Assembly: GCA_964016885.1 (NCBI GenBank)
Contig: OZ024743.1
Span: forward strand, 174,716,001-174,780,000
Source: Eledone cirrhosa
Taxonomy: Eukaryota
Reading direction: 5' to 3'
Length of the DNA: 64,000 nucleotides
Shown here: one piece after another, positions 28,201 through 41,200 of the stretch
How positions within the stretch are numbered: the stretch's first letter is position 1
How the letters are laid out: the number at the start of each line of letters is the position of its first letter
Notes under the pieces: generated by a model
What the model was told of the DNA's origin: nothing
Database searches by the model: none
The model's input: only the letters and a program-made list of their open reading frames with translations
Made by a program: the position numbers and the translations under genes

Positions 28201-30530
28201 ACTGTACCTGTTATATGAGATGTAGGAAGTCTTTGATATACTGTACTTGTTATATAGGATGTAGGTAGTGTTTGATATACTGTACCTGTTATATAGGATG
28301 TAGGTAGTCTTTGATATACTGTACCTGTTATATAGGATGTAGGTAGTCTTTGATATACTGTACCTGTTATATAGGATGTAGGTAGTCTTTGATATACTGT
28401 ACCTGTTATATAGGATGTAGGTAGTCTTTGATATACTGTACCTGTTATATAGGATGTAGGTTGTGTTTGATATACTGTACCTGTTATATAGGATGTAGGT
28501 AGTCTTTGATATACTGTACCTGTTATATAGGATGTAGGTAGTCTTTGATATACTGTACCTGTTATATAGGATGTATGTAGTCTTTGATATACTGTACCTG
28601 TTATATAGGATGTAGGTAGTCTTTGATATACTGTACCTGTTATATAGGATGTAGGTAGTGTTTGATATACTGTACCTGTTATATAGGATGTAGGTAGTCT
28701 TTGATATACTGTACCTGTTATATGAGATGTAGGAAGTCTTTGATATACTGTACCTGTTATATGAGATGTAGGAAGTCTTTGATATGCTGTACCTGTTATA
28801 TAGGATGTAGGTAGTCTTTGATATACTGTACCTGTTATATAGGATGTCGGTAGTCTTTGATATACTGTACCTGTTATATAGGATGTAGGTAGTCTTTGAT
28901 ATACTGTACCTGTTATATAGGATGTAGGTAGTCTTTGATATACTGTACCTGTTAAATAGGATGTAGGTAGTCTTGGATATACTGTACCTGTTATATAGGA
29001 TGTAGGTAGTCTTTGATATACTGTACCTGTTATATAGGATGTAGGTAGTCTTTGATATACTGTACCTGTTATATAGGATGTAGGTAGTGTTTGATATACC
29101 GTACCTGTTATATATGATGTAGGTAGTCTTTGATATACTGTACCTGTTACATAGGATGTATGTTGTCTTTGATATACTGTACCTGTTACATAGGATGTAG
29201 GTAGTCTTTGATATACTGTACCTGTTATATAGGATGTAGGTAGTGTTTGATATACTGTACCTGTTATATAGGTTGTAGGTAGTCTTTGATATACTGTACC
29301 TGTTATATAGGATGTAGGTAGTCTTTGATATACTGTACCTGTTATATAGGATGTAGGTAGTCTTTGATATACTGTACCTGTTATATAGGATGTAGGTAGT
29401 CTTTGATATACTGTACCTGTTATATAGGATGTACGTAGTCTTTGATATACTGTACCTGTTATATGATATGTATGAAGTCTTTGATATACTGTACCTGTTA
29501 TATAGGATGTAGGTAGTCTTTGATATACTGTCCCTGTTATATAGGATGTAGGTAGTTTTTGATATACTGTACCTGTTATATGGGATGTCGGTAGTCTTTG
29601 ATATACTGTACCTGTTATATAGGATGTAGGTAGTCTTTGATATACTGTACCAGTTATATAGGATGTATGTAGTCTTTGATATACTGTACCTGTTATATAG
29701 GATGTAGATAGTCTTTGATATACTGTACCTGTTATATAGGATGTAGGTAGTCTTTGATATACTGTACCTGTTATATAGGATGTCGGTAGTCTTTGATATA
29801 CTGTACCTGTTATATAGGCTGTAGGTAGTTTTGATATACTGTACCTGTTATATATGATGTAGGTAGTCTTTGATATACCGTACCTGTTACATAGGATGTA
29901 TGTAGTCTTTGATATACTGTACCTGTTATATAGGATGTAGGTAGTCTTTGATATACTGTACCTGTTACATAGGATGTAGGTAGTCTTTGATATACTGTAC
30001 CTGTTATATAGGATGTCGGTAGTCTTTGATATACTGTACCTGTTATATAGGATGTAGGTAGTCTTTGATATACTATACCTGTTATATAGGATGTAGTCTT
30101 TGATATACTGTACCTGTTATATAGGATGTAGGTAGTCTTTGATATACTGTACCTGTTATATGAGATGTAGGAAGTCTTTGATATACTGTACTTGTTATAT
30201 AGGATGTAGGTAGTCCTTGATATACTGTACCTGTTATATAGGATGTAGGTAGTCTTTGATATACTGTACCTGTTATATAGGATGTAGGTAGTCTTTGATA
30301 TACCGTACCTGTTATATAGGATGTAGGTAGTCTTTGATATACTGTACCTGTTATATAGGATGTAGGTAGTCTTTGATATACTGTACCTGTTATATAGGAT
30401 GTAGGTAGTCTTTGATATACTGTACCTGTTATATAGGATGTAGGTAGTCTTTGATATACTGTACCTGTTATATAGGATGTAGGTAGTCTTTGATATACTG
30501 TACCTGTTATATAGGATGTAGGTAGTCTTT
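23780..30530. repeat. Two-copy higher-order repeat, offset 3501 then 3345 bp (90 then 86 monomers), overlapping the 72-mer duplication
   Basis: GATAAAC at 24352/27853; GTCTTGGAT at 25630/28975; 35-bp units at 24803/28148 and 26748/30093; TGTCCCTG and TAGGCTG are shared by both copies. Confidence 0.88.
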
Positions 30531-33500
30531 GATACACTGTACCTGTTATATAGGATGTAGGTAGTCCTTGATATACTGTACCTGTTATATGAGATGTAGG
30601 AAGTCTTTGATATACTGTACCTGTTATATGAGATGTAGGAAGTCTTTGATATGCTTTACCTGTTATATAGGATGTAGGTAGTCTTTGATATACTGTACCT
30701 GTTATATAGGATGTATGTAGTCTTTGATATACTGTACCTGTTATATAGGATGTAGGTAGTCTTTGATATACTGTACCTTTTATATATGATGTAGGTAGTC
30801 TTTGATATACTGTACCTGTTACATAGGATGTATGTAGTCTTTGATATACTGTACCTGTTATATAGGATGTAGGTAGTCCTTGATATACTGTACCTGTTAC
30901 ATAGGATGTAGGTAGTCTTTGATCTACTGTACCTGTTATATAGGATGTAGGTAGTCTTTGATATACTGTACCTGTTATATAGGATGTAGGTAGTGTTTGA
31001 TATACTGTACCTGTTATATAGGATGTAGGTAGTCTTTGATATACTGTACCTATTATATGAGATGTAGGAAGTCTTTGATATACTGTACCTGTTATATGAG
31101 ATGTAGGAAGTCTTTGATATGCTTTACCTGTTATATAGGATGTAGGTAGTCTTTGATATACTGTACCTGTTATATAGGATGTATGTAGTCTTTGATATAC
31201 TGTACCTGTTATATAGGATGTAGGTAGTCTTTGATATACTGTACCTTTTATATATGATGTAGGTAGTCTTTGATATACTGTACCTGTTACATAGGATGTA
31301 TGTAGTCTTTGATATACTGTACCTGTTATATAGGATGTAGGTAGTCCTTGATATACTGTACCTGTTACATAGGATGTAGGTAGTCTTTGATCTACTGTAC
31401 CTGTTATATAGGATGTAGGTAGTCTTTGATATACTGTACCTGTTATATAGGATGTAGGTAGTGTTTGATATACTGTACCTGTTATATAGGATGTAGGTAG
31501 TCTTTGATATACTGTACCTGTTATATGAGATATAGGATGTCTTTGATATACTGTACCTGTTATATAGGATGTCGGTAGTCTTTGATATACTGTACCTGTT
31601 ATATGAAATGTAGAAAGTCTTTGATATACTGTACCTGTTATATAGGATGTAATTAGTCTTTGATATACTGTACCTGTTATATAGGATGTCGGTAGTCTTT
31701 GATATACTGTACCTGTTATATAGGATGTAGGTAGTCTTTGATATACTGTACCTGTTATATAGGATGTAGGTAGTCTTTGATATACTGTACCTGTTATATA
31801 GGATGTAGGTAGACTTTGATATACTGTACCTGTTATATAGGATGTAGGTAGTCTTTGATATACTGTACCTGTTACATAGGATGTAGGTAGTCTTTGATAT
31901 ACTGTACCTGTTATATAGGATGTAGGTAGTCTTTGATATACTGTACCTGTTAAATAGGATGTAGGTAGTCTTTGATATACTGTACCTGTTATATAGGATG
32001 TAGGTAGTCTTTGATATACTGTACCTGTTATATAGGATGTAGGTAGTCTTTGATATACTGTACCTGTTATATAGGATGTAGGTAGTGTTTGACATACTGT
32101 ACCTGTTATATATGATGTAGGTAGTCTTTGATATACTGTACCTGTTACATAGGATGTATGTTGTCTTTGATATACTGTACCTGTTACATAGGATGTAGGT
32201 AGTCTTTGATATACTGTACCTGTTATATAGGATGTAGGTAGTGTTTGATATACTGTACCTGTTATATATGTTGTAGGTAGTCTTTGATATACTGTACCTG
32301 TTATATAGGATGTAGGTAGTCTTTGATATACTGTACCTGTTATATAGGATGTAGGTAGTCTTTGATATACTGTACCTGTTATATAGGATGTAGGTAGTCT
32401 TTGATATACTGTACCTGTTATATAGGATGTACGTAGTCTTTGATATACTGTACCTGTTATATGAGATGTATGAAGTCTTTGATATACTGTACCTGTTATA
32501 TAGGATGTAGGTAGTCTTTGATATACTGTACCTGTTATATAGGATGTAGGTAGTCTTTGATATACTGTACCAGTTATATAGGATGTATGTAGTCTTTGAT
32601 ATACTGTACCTGTTATATAGGATGTAGGTAGTCTTTGATATACTGTACCTGTTATATAGGATGTAGGTAGTCTTTGATATACTGTACCTGTTATATAGGA
32701 TGTCGGTAGTCTTTGATATACTGTACCTGTTATATAGGATGTAGGTAGTTTTGATATACTGTACCTGTTATATATGATGTAGGTAGTCTTTGATATACCG
32801 TACCTGTTACATAGGATGTATGTAGTCTTTGATATACTGTACCTGTTATATAGAATGTAGGAAGTCTTTGATATACTGTACCTGTTACATAGGATGTAGG
32901 TAGTCTTTGATATACTGTACCTGTTATATAGGATGTCGGTAGTCTTTGATATACTGTACCTGTTATATAGGATGTAGGTAGTCTTTGATATACTATACCT
33001 GTTATATAGGATGTAGTCTTTGATATACTGTACCTGTTATATAGGATGTAGGTAGTCTTTGATATACTGTACCTGTTATATAGGATGTAGGTAGTCTTTG
33101 ATATACTGTACCTGTTATATGAGATGTAGGAAGTCTTTGATATACTGTACCTGTTATATGAGATGTAGGAAGTCTTTGATATGCTTTACCTGTTATATAG
33201 GATGTAGGTAGTCTTTGATATACTGTACCTGTTATATAGGATGTATGTAGTCTTTGATATACTGTACCTGTTATATAGGATGTAGGTAGTCTTTGATATA
33301 CTGTACCTTTTATATATGATGTAGGTAGTCTTTGATATACTGTACCTGTTACATAGGATGTATGTAGTCTTTGATATACTGTACCTGTTATATAGGATGT
33401 AGGTAGTCCTTGATATACTGTACCTGTTACATAGGATGTAGGTAGTCTTTGATCTACTGTACCTGTTATATAGGATGTAGGTAGTCTTTGATATACTGTA

Positions 33501-35279
33501 CCTGTTATATAGGATGTAGGTAGTGTTTGATGTACTGTACCTGTTATATAGGATGTAGGTAGTCTTTGATATACTGTACCTGTTATATGAGATATAGGAA
33601 GTTTTTGATATACTGTACCTGTTATATAGGATGTCGGTAGTCTTTGATATACTGTACCTGTTATATGAAATGTAGGAAGTCTTTGATATACTGTACCTGT
33701 TATATAGGATGTAATTAGTCTTTGATATACTGTACCTGTTATATAGGATGTCGGTAGTCTTTGATATACTGTACCTGTTATATAGGATGTAGGTAGTCTT
33801 TGATATACTGTACCTGTTATATAGGATGTAGGTAGTCTTTGATATACTGTACCTGTTATATAGGATGTAGGTCGTCTTTGATATACTGTACCTGTTATAT
33901 AGGATGTCGGTAGTCTTTGATATACTGTACCTGTTACATAGGATGTAGGTAGTCTTTGATATACTGTACCTGTTATATAGGATGTAGGTAGTCTTTGATA
34001 TACTGTACTTGTTATATAGGATGTAGGTAGTCTTTGATATACTATACCTGTTATATAGGATGTAGTCTTTGATATACTGTACCTGTTATATAGGATGTAG
34101 GTAGTCTTTGATATACTGTACCTGTTATATGAGATGTAGGAAGTCTTTGATATACTGTACTTGTTATACAGGATGTAGGTAGTGTTTGATATACTGTACC
34201 TGTTATATAGGATGTAGGTAGTCTTTGATATACTGTACCTGTTATATAGGATGTAGGTAGTCTTTGATATACTGTACCTGTTATATAGGATGTAGGTAGT
34301 CTTTGATATACTGTACCTGTTATATAGGATGTAGGTAGTCTTTGATATACTGTACCTGTTATATAGGATGTAGGTAGTGTTTGATATTCTGTACCTGTTA
34401 TATAGGATGTAGGTAGTCTTTGATATACTTTACCTGTTATATAGGATGTAGGTAGTCTTTGATATACTGTACCTGTTATATAGGATGTAGGTAGTCTTTG
34501 ATATACTGTACCTGTTATATAGGATGTAGGTAGTCTTTGATATACTGTACCTGTTATATAGGATGTAGGTAGTGTTTGATATACTGTACCTGTTATATAG
34601 GATGTAGGTAGTCTTTGATATACTGTACCTGTTATATGAGATGTAGGAAGTCTTTGATATACTCTACCTGTTATATGAGATGTAGGAAGTCTTTGATATG
34701 CTGTACCTGTTATATAGGATGTAGGTAGTCTTTGATATACTGTACCTGTTATATAGGATGTCGGTAGTCTTTGATATACTGTACCTGTTATATAGGATGT
34801 AGGTAGTCTTTGATATACTGTACCTGTTATATAGGATGTCGGTAGTCTTTGATATACTGTACCTGTTATATAGGATGTAGGTAGTCTTTGATATACTGTA
34901 CCTGTTATATAGGATGTAGGTAGTCTTTGATATACTGTACCTGTTATATAGGATGTAGGTAGTCTTTGATATACTGTACCTGTTATATAGGATGTAGGTA
35001 GTCTTTGATATACTGTACCTGTTACAGAGGATGTAGGTAGTCTTTGATATACTGTACCTGTTATATAGGATGTAGGTAGTCTTTGATATACTGTACCTGT
35101 TATATAGGATGTAGGTAGTCTTTGATATACTGTACATGTTATATAGGATGTAGGTAGTCTTTGATATACTGTACCTGTTATATAGGATGTAGGTAGTCTT
35201 TGATATACTGTACCTGTTATATAGGATGTAGGTAGTCTTTGATATACTGTACCTGTTATATAGGATGTAGGTAGTCTTT

Positions 35280-38200
35280 GATATACTGTACATGTTATAT
35301 AGGATGTAGGTAGTCTTTGATATACTGTACCTGTTACATAGGATGTAGGTAGTCTTTGATATACTGTACCTGTTACATAGGATGTAGGTAGTCTTTCATA
35401 TACTGTACCTGTTATATAGGATGTAGGTAGTCTTTGATATACTGTACCTGTTATATAGGATGTAGGTAGTCTTTGATATACTGTACCTGCTATATAGGAT
35501 GTAGGTAGTCTTTGATATACTGTACATGTTATATAGGATGTAGGTAGTCTTTGATATACTGTACCTGTTATATAGGATGTAGGTAGTCTTTGATATACTG
35601 TCCCTGTTATATAGGATGTAGGTAGTCTTTGATATACTGTACCTGTTATATAGGATGTAGGTAGTGTTTGATATACTCTACATGTTATATAGGATGTAGG
35701 TAGTCTTTGATATACTGTACCTGTTACATAGGATGTAGGTAGTCTTTGATATACTGTACCTGTTACATAGGATGTAGGTAGTCTTTCATATACTGTACCT
35801 GTTATATAGGATGTAGGTAGTCTTTGATATACTGTACCTGTTATATAGGATGTAGGTAGTCTTTGATATACTGTACCTATTATATAGGATGTAGGTAGTC
35901 TTTGATATACTGTACCTGTTATATAGGATGTAGGTAGTCTTTGATATACTGTACCTGTTATATAGGATGTAGGTAGTCTTTGATATACTGTACCTGTTAT
36001 ATAGGATGTAGGTAGTCTTTGATATACTGTACCTATTATATAGGATGTAGGTAGTCTTTGATATACTGTACCTGTTATATAGGATGTAGGTAGTCTTTGA
36101 TATACTGTACCTGTTATATAGGATGTAGGTAGTGTTTGATATACTGTACCTGTTATATAGGATGTAGGTAGTCTTTGATATACTGTACCTGTTATATGAG
36201 ATATAGGAAGTCTTTGATATACTGTACCTGTTATATAGGATGTCGGTAGTCTTTGATATACTGTACCTGTTATATGAAATGTAGGAAGTCTTTGATATAC
36301 TGTACCTGTTATATAGGATGTAATTAGTCTTTGATATACTGTACCTGTTATATAGGATGTCGGTAGTCTTTGATATACTGTACCTGTTATATAGGATGTA
36401 GGTAGTCTTTGATATACTGTACCTGTTATATAGGATGTAGGTAGTCTTTGATATACTGTACCTGTTATATAGGATGTAGGTAGTCTTTGATATACTGTAC
36501 TTGTTATATAGGATGTAGGTAGTCTTTGATATACTATACCTGTTATATAGGATGTAGTCTTTGATATACTGTACCTGTTATATAGGATGTAGGTAGTCTT
36601 TGATATACTGTACCTGTTATATGAGATGTAGGAAGTCTTTGATATACTGTACTTGTTATATAGGATGTAGGTAGTGTTTGATATACTGTACCTGTTATAT
36701 AGGATGTAGGTAGTCTTTGATATACTGTACCTGTTATATAGGATGTAGGTAGTCTTTGATATACTGTACCTGTTATATAGGATGTAGGTAGTCTTTGATA
36801 TACTGTACCTGTTATATAGGATGTAGGTAGTCTTTGATATACTGTACCTGTTATATAGGATGTAGGTAGTGTTTGATATACTGTACCTGTTATATAGGAT
36901 GTAGGTAGTCTTTGATATACTTTACCTGTTATATAGGATGTAGGTAGTCTTTGATATACTGTACCTGTTATATAGGATGTAGGTAGTCTTTGATATACTG
37001 TACCTGTTATATAGGATGTAGGTAGTCTTTGATATACTGTACCTGTTATATAGGATGTAGGTAGTCTTTGATATACTGTACCTGTTATATAGGATGTAGG
37101 TAGTCTTTGATATACTGTACCTGTTATATGAGATGTAGGAAGTCTTTGATATACTCTACCTGTTATATGAGATGTAGGAAGTCTTTGATATGCTGTACCT
37201 GTTATATAGGATGTAGGTAGTCTTTGATATACTGTACCTGTTATATAGGATGTAGGTAGTCTTTGATATACTGTACCTGTTATATAGGATGTAGGTAGTC
37301 TTTGATATACTGTACCTGTTATATAGGATGTAGGTAGTCTTTGATATACTGTACCTGTTATATAGGATGTAGGTAGTCTTTGATATACTGTACCTGTTAT
37401 ATAGGATGTAGGTAGTCTTTGATATACTGTACCTGTTACAGAGGATGTAGGTAGTCTTTGATATACTGTACCTGTTATATAGGATGTAGGTAGTCTTTGA
37501 TATACTGTACCTGTTATATAGGATGTAGGTAGTCTTTGATATACTGTACCTGTTATATAGGATGTAGGTAGTCTTTGATATACTGTACCTGTTATATAGG
37601 ATGTAGGTAGTCTTTGATATACTATACCTGTTATATAGGATGTAGTCTTTGATATACTGTACCTGTTATATAGGATGTAGGTAGTCTTTGATATACTGTA
37701 CCTGTTATATGAGATGTAGGAAGTCTTTGATATACTGTACTTGTTATATAGGATGTAGGTAGTGTTTGATATACTGTACCTGTTATATAGGATGTAGGTA
37801 GTCTTTGATATACTGTACCTGTTATATAGGATGTAGGTAGTCTTTGATATACTGTACCTGTTATATAGGATGTAGGTAGTGTTTGATATACTGTACCTGT
37901 TATATAGGATGTAGGTAGTCTTTGATATACTTTACCTGTTATATAGGATGTAGGTAGTCTTTGATATACTGTACCTGTTATATAGGATGTAGGTAGTCTT
38001 TGATATACTGTACCTGTTATATAGGATGTAGGTAGTCTTTGATATACTGTACCTGTTATATAGGATGTAGGTAGTGTTTGATATACTGTACCTGTTATAT
38101 AGGATGTAGGTAGTCTTTGATATACTGTACCTGTTATATGAGATGTAGGAAGTCTTTGATATACTCTACCTGTTATATGAGATGTAGGAAGTCTTTGATA

Positions 38201-41200
38201 TGCTGTACCTGTTATATAGGATGTAGGTAGTCTTTGATATACTGTACCTGTTATATAGGATGTAGGTAGTCTTTGATATACTGTACCTGTTATATAGGAT
38301 GTAGGTAGTCTTTGATATACTGTACCTGTTATATAGGATGTAGGTAGTCTTTGATATACTGTACCTGTTATATAGGATGTAGGTAGTCTTTGATATACTG
38401 TACCTGTTATATAGGATGTAGGTAGTCTTTGATATACTGTACCTGTTACAGAGGATGTAGGTAGTCTTTGATATACTGTACCTGTTATATAGGATGTAGG
38501 TAGTCTTTGATATACTGTACCTGTTATATAGGATGTAGGTAGTCTTTGATATACTGTACCTGTTATATAGGATGTAGGTAGTCTTTGATATACTGTACCT
38601 GTTATATAGGATGTAGGTAGTCTTTGATATACTGTACCTGTTATATAGGATGTAGGTAGTCTTTGATATACTGTACCTGTTATATAGGATGTAGGTAGTC
38701 TTTGATATACTGTACCTGTTATATAGGATGTAGGTAGTCTTTGATATACTGTACCTGTTATATAGGATGTAGGTAGTCTTTGATATACTGTACCTGTTTT
38801 ATAGGATGTAGGTAGTCTTTGATATACTGTACCTGTTATATAGGATGTAGGTAGTCTTTGATATACTGTACATGTTATATAGGATGTAGGTAGTCTTTGA
38901 TATACTGTACCTGTTACATAGGATGTAGGTAGTCTTTGATATACTGTACCTGTTACATAGGATGTAGGTAGTCTTTCATATACTGTACCTGTTATATAGG
39001 ATGTAGGTAGTCTTTGATATACTGTACCTGTTATATCGGATGTAGGTAGTCTTTGATATACTGTACCTATTATATAGGATGTAGGTAGTCTTTGATATAC
39101 TGTACCTGTTATATAGGATGTAGGTAGTCTTTGATATACTGTACCTGTTATATAGGATGTAGGTAGTCTTTGATATACTGTACCTGTTATATAGGATGTA
39201 GGTAGTCTTTGATATACTGTACCTGTTATATAGGATGTAGGTAGTCTTTGAAATACTGTACCTATTATATGAGATGTAGGAAGTCTTTCATATACTGTAC
39301 CTGTTATATAGGATGTAGGTAGTCTTTGATATACTGTACCTGTTATATAGGATGTAGGTAGTCTTTGATACACTGTACCTGTTAAATAGGATGTAGGTAG
39401 TCTTTGATATACTGTACCTGTTATATAGGATGTTGGTAGTCTTTGATATACTGTACCTGTTATATAGGATGTAGGTAGTCTTTGATATACTGTACCTGTT
39501 ATATAGGATATAGGTAGTCTTTGATATACTGTACCTGTTATATAGGATGTAGGTAGTGTTTGATATACTGTACCTGTTACATAGGATGTAGGTAGTCTTT
39601 GATATACTGTACCTGTTATACAGGATGTATGTAGTCTTTGGTATACTGTACCTGTTACATAGGATGTAGGTAGTCTTTGATATACTTTACCTGTTATATA
39701 GGATGTAGGTAGTCTTTGATATACTGTACATGTTATATAGGATGTAGGTAGTCTTTGATATACTGTACCTGTTACATAGGATGTAGGTAGTCTTTGATAT
39801 ACTGTACCTGTTACATAGGATGTAGGTAGTCTTTCATATACTGTACCTGTTATATAGGATGTAGGTAGTCTTTGATATACTGTACCTGTTATATAGGATG
39901 TAGGTAGTCTTTGATATACTGTACCTGCTATATAGGATGTAGGTAGTCTTTGATATACTGTACATGTTATATAGGATGTAGGTAGTCTTTGATATACTGT
40001 ACCTGTTATATAGGATGTAGGTAGTCTTTGATATACTGTACCTGTTATATAGGATGTAGGTAGTCTTTGATATACTGTACCTGTTATATAGGATGTAGGT
40101 AGTGTTTGATATACTCTACATGTTATATAGGATGTAGGTAGTCTTTGATATACTGTACCTGTTACATAGGATGTAGGTAGTCTTTGATATACTGTACCTG
40201 TTACATAGGATGTAGGTAGTCTTTCATATACTGTACCTGTTATATAGGATGTAGGTAGTCTTTGATATACTGTACCTGTTATATAGGATGTAGGTAGTCT
40301 TTGATATACTGTACCTATTATATAGGATGTAGGTAGTCTTTGATATACTGTACCTGTTATATAGGATGTAGGTAGTCTTTGATATACTGTACCTGTTATA
40401 TAGGATGTAGGTAGTCTTTGATATACTGTACCTGTTATATAGGATGTAGGTAGTCTTTGATATACTGTACCTATTATATAGGATGTAGGTAGTCTTTGAT
40501 ATACTGTACCTGTTATATAGGATGTAGGTAGTCTTTGATATACTGTACCTGTTATATAGGATGTAGGTAGTCTTTGATATACTGTACCTGTTATATAGGA
40601 TGTAGGTAGTGTTTGATATACTGTACCTGTTATATAGGATGTAGGTAGTCTTTGATATACTGTACCTGTTATATGAGATATAGGAAGTCTTTGATATACT
40701 GTACCTGTTATATAGGATGTCGGTAGTCTTTGATATACTGTACCTGTTATATGAAATGTAGGAAGTCTTTGATATACTGTACCTGTTATATAGGATGTAA
40801 TTAGTCTTTGATATACTGTACCTGTTATATAGGATGTCGGTAGTCTTTGATATACTGTACCTGTTATATAGGATGTAGGTAGTCTTTGATATACTGTACC
40901 TGTTATATAGGATGTAGGTAGTCTTTGATATACTGTACCTGTTATATAGGATGTAGGTAGTCTTTGATATACTGTACTTGTTATATAGGATGTAGGTAGT
41001 CTTTGATATACTATACCTGTTATATAGGATGTAGTCTTTGATATACTGTACCTGTTATATAGGATGTAGGTAGTCTTTGATATACTGTACCTGTTATATG
41101 AGATGTAGGAAGTCTTTGATATACTGTACTTGTTATATAGGATGTAGGTAGTGTTTGATATACTGTACCTGTTATATAGGATGTAGGTAGTCTTTGATAT

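Larger units (their letters stand above)
1..34000. repeat. Left sub-array (variant domain L)
   Basis: Diagnostic variants GATCTAC (111 to ~33454), ATGCTTTACC, CCTTTTATATATGATG, GTATGTTGTC and the 38-bp GTAGTTTTGAT units. I did not see these after ~34 kb. Confidence 0.8.
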
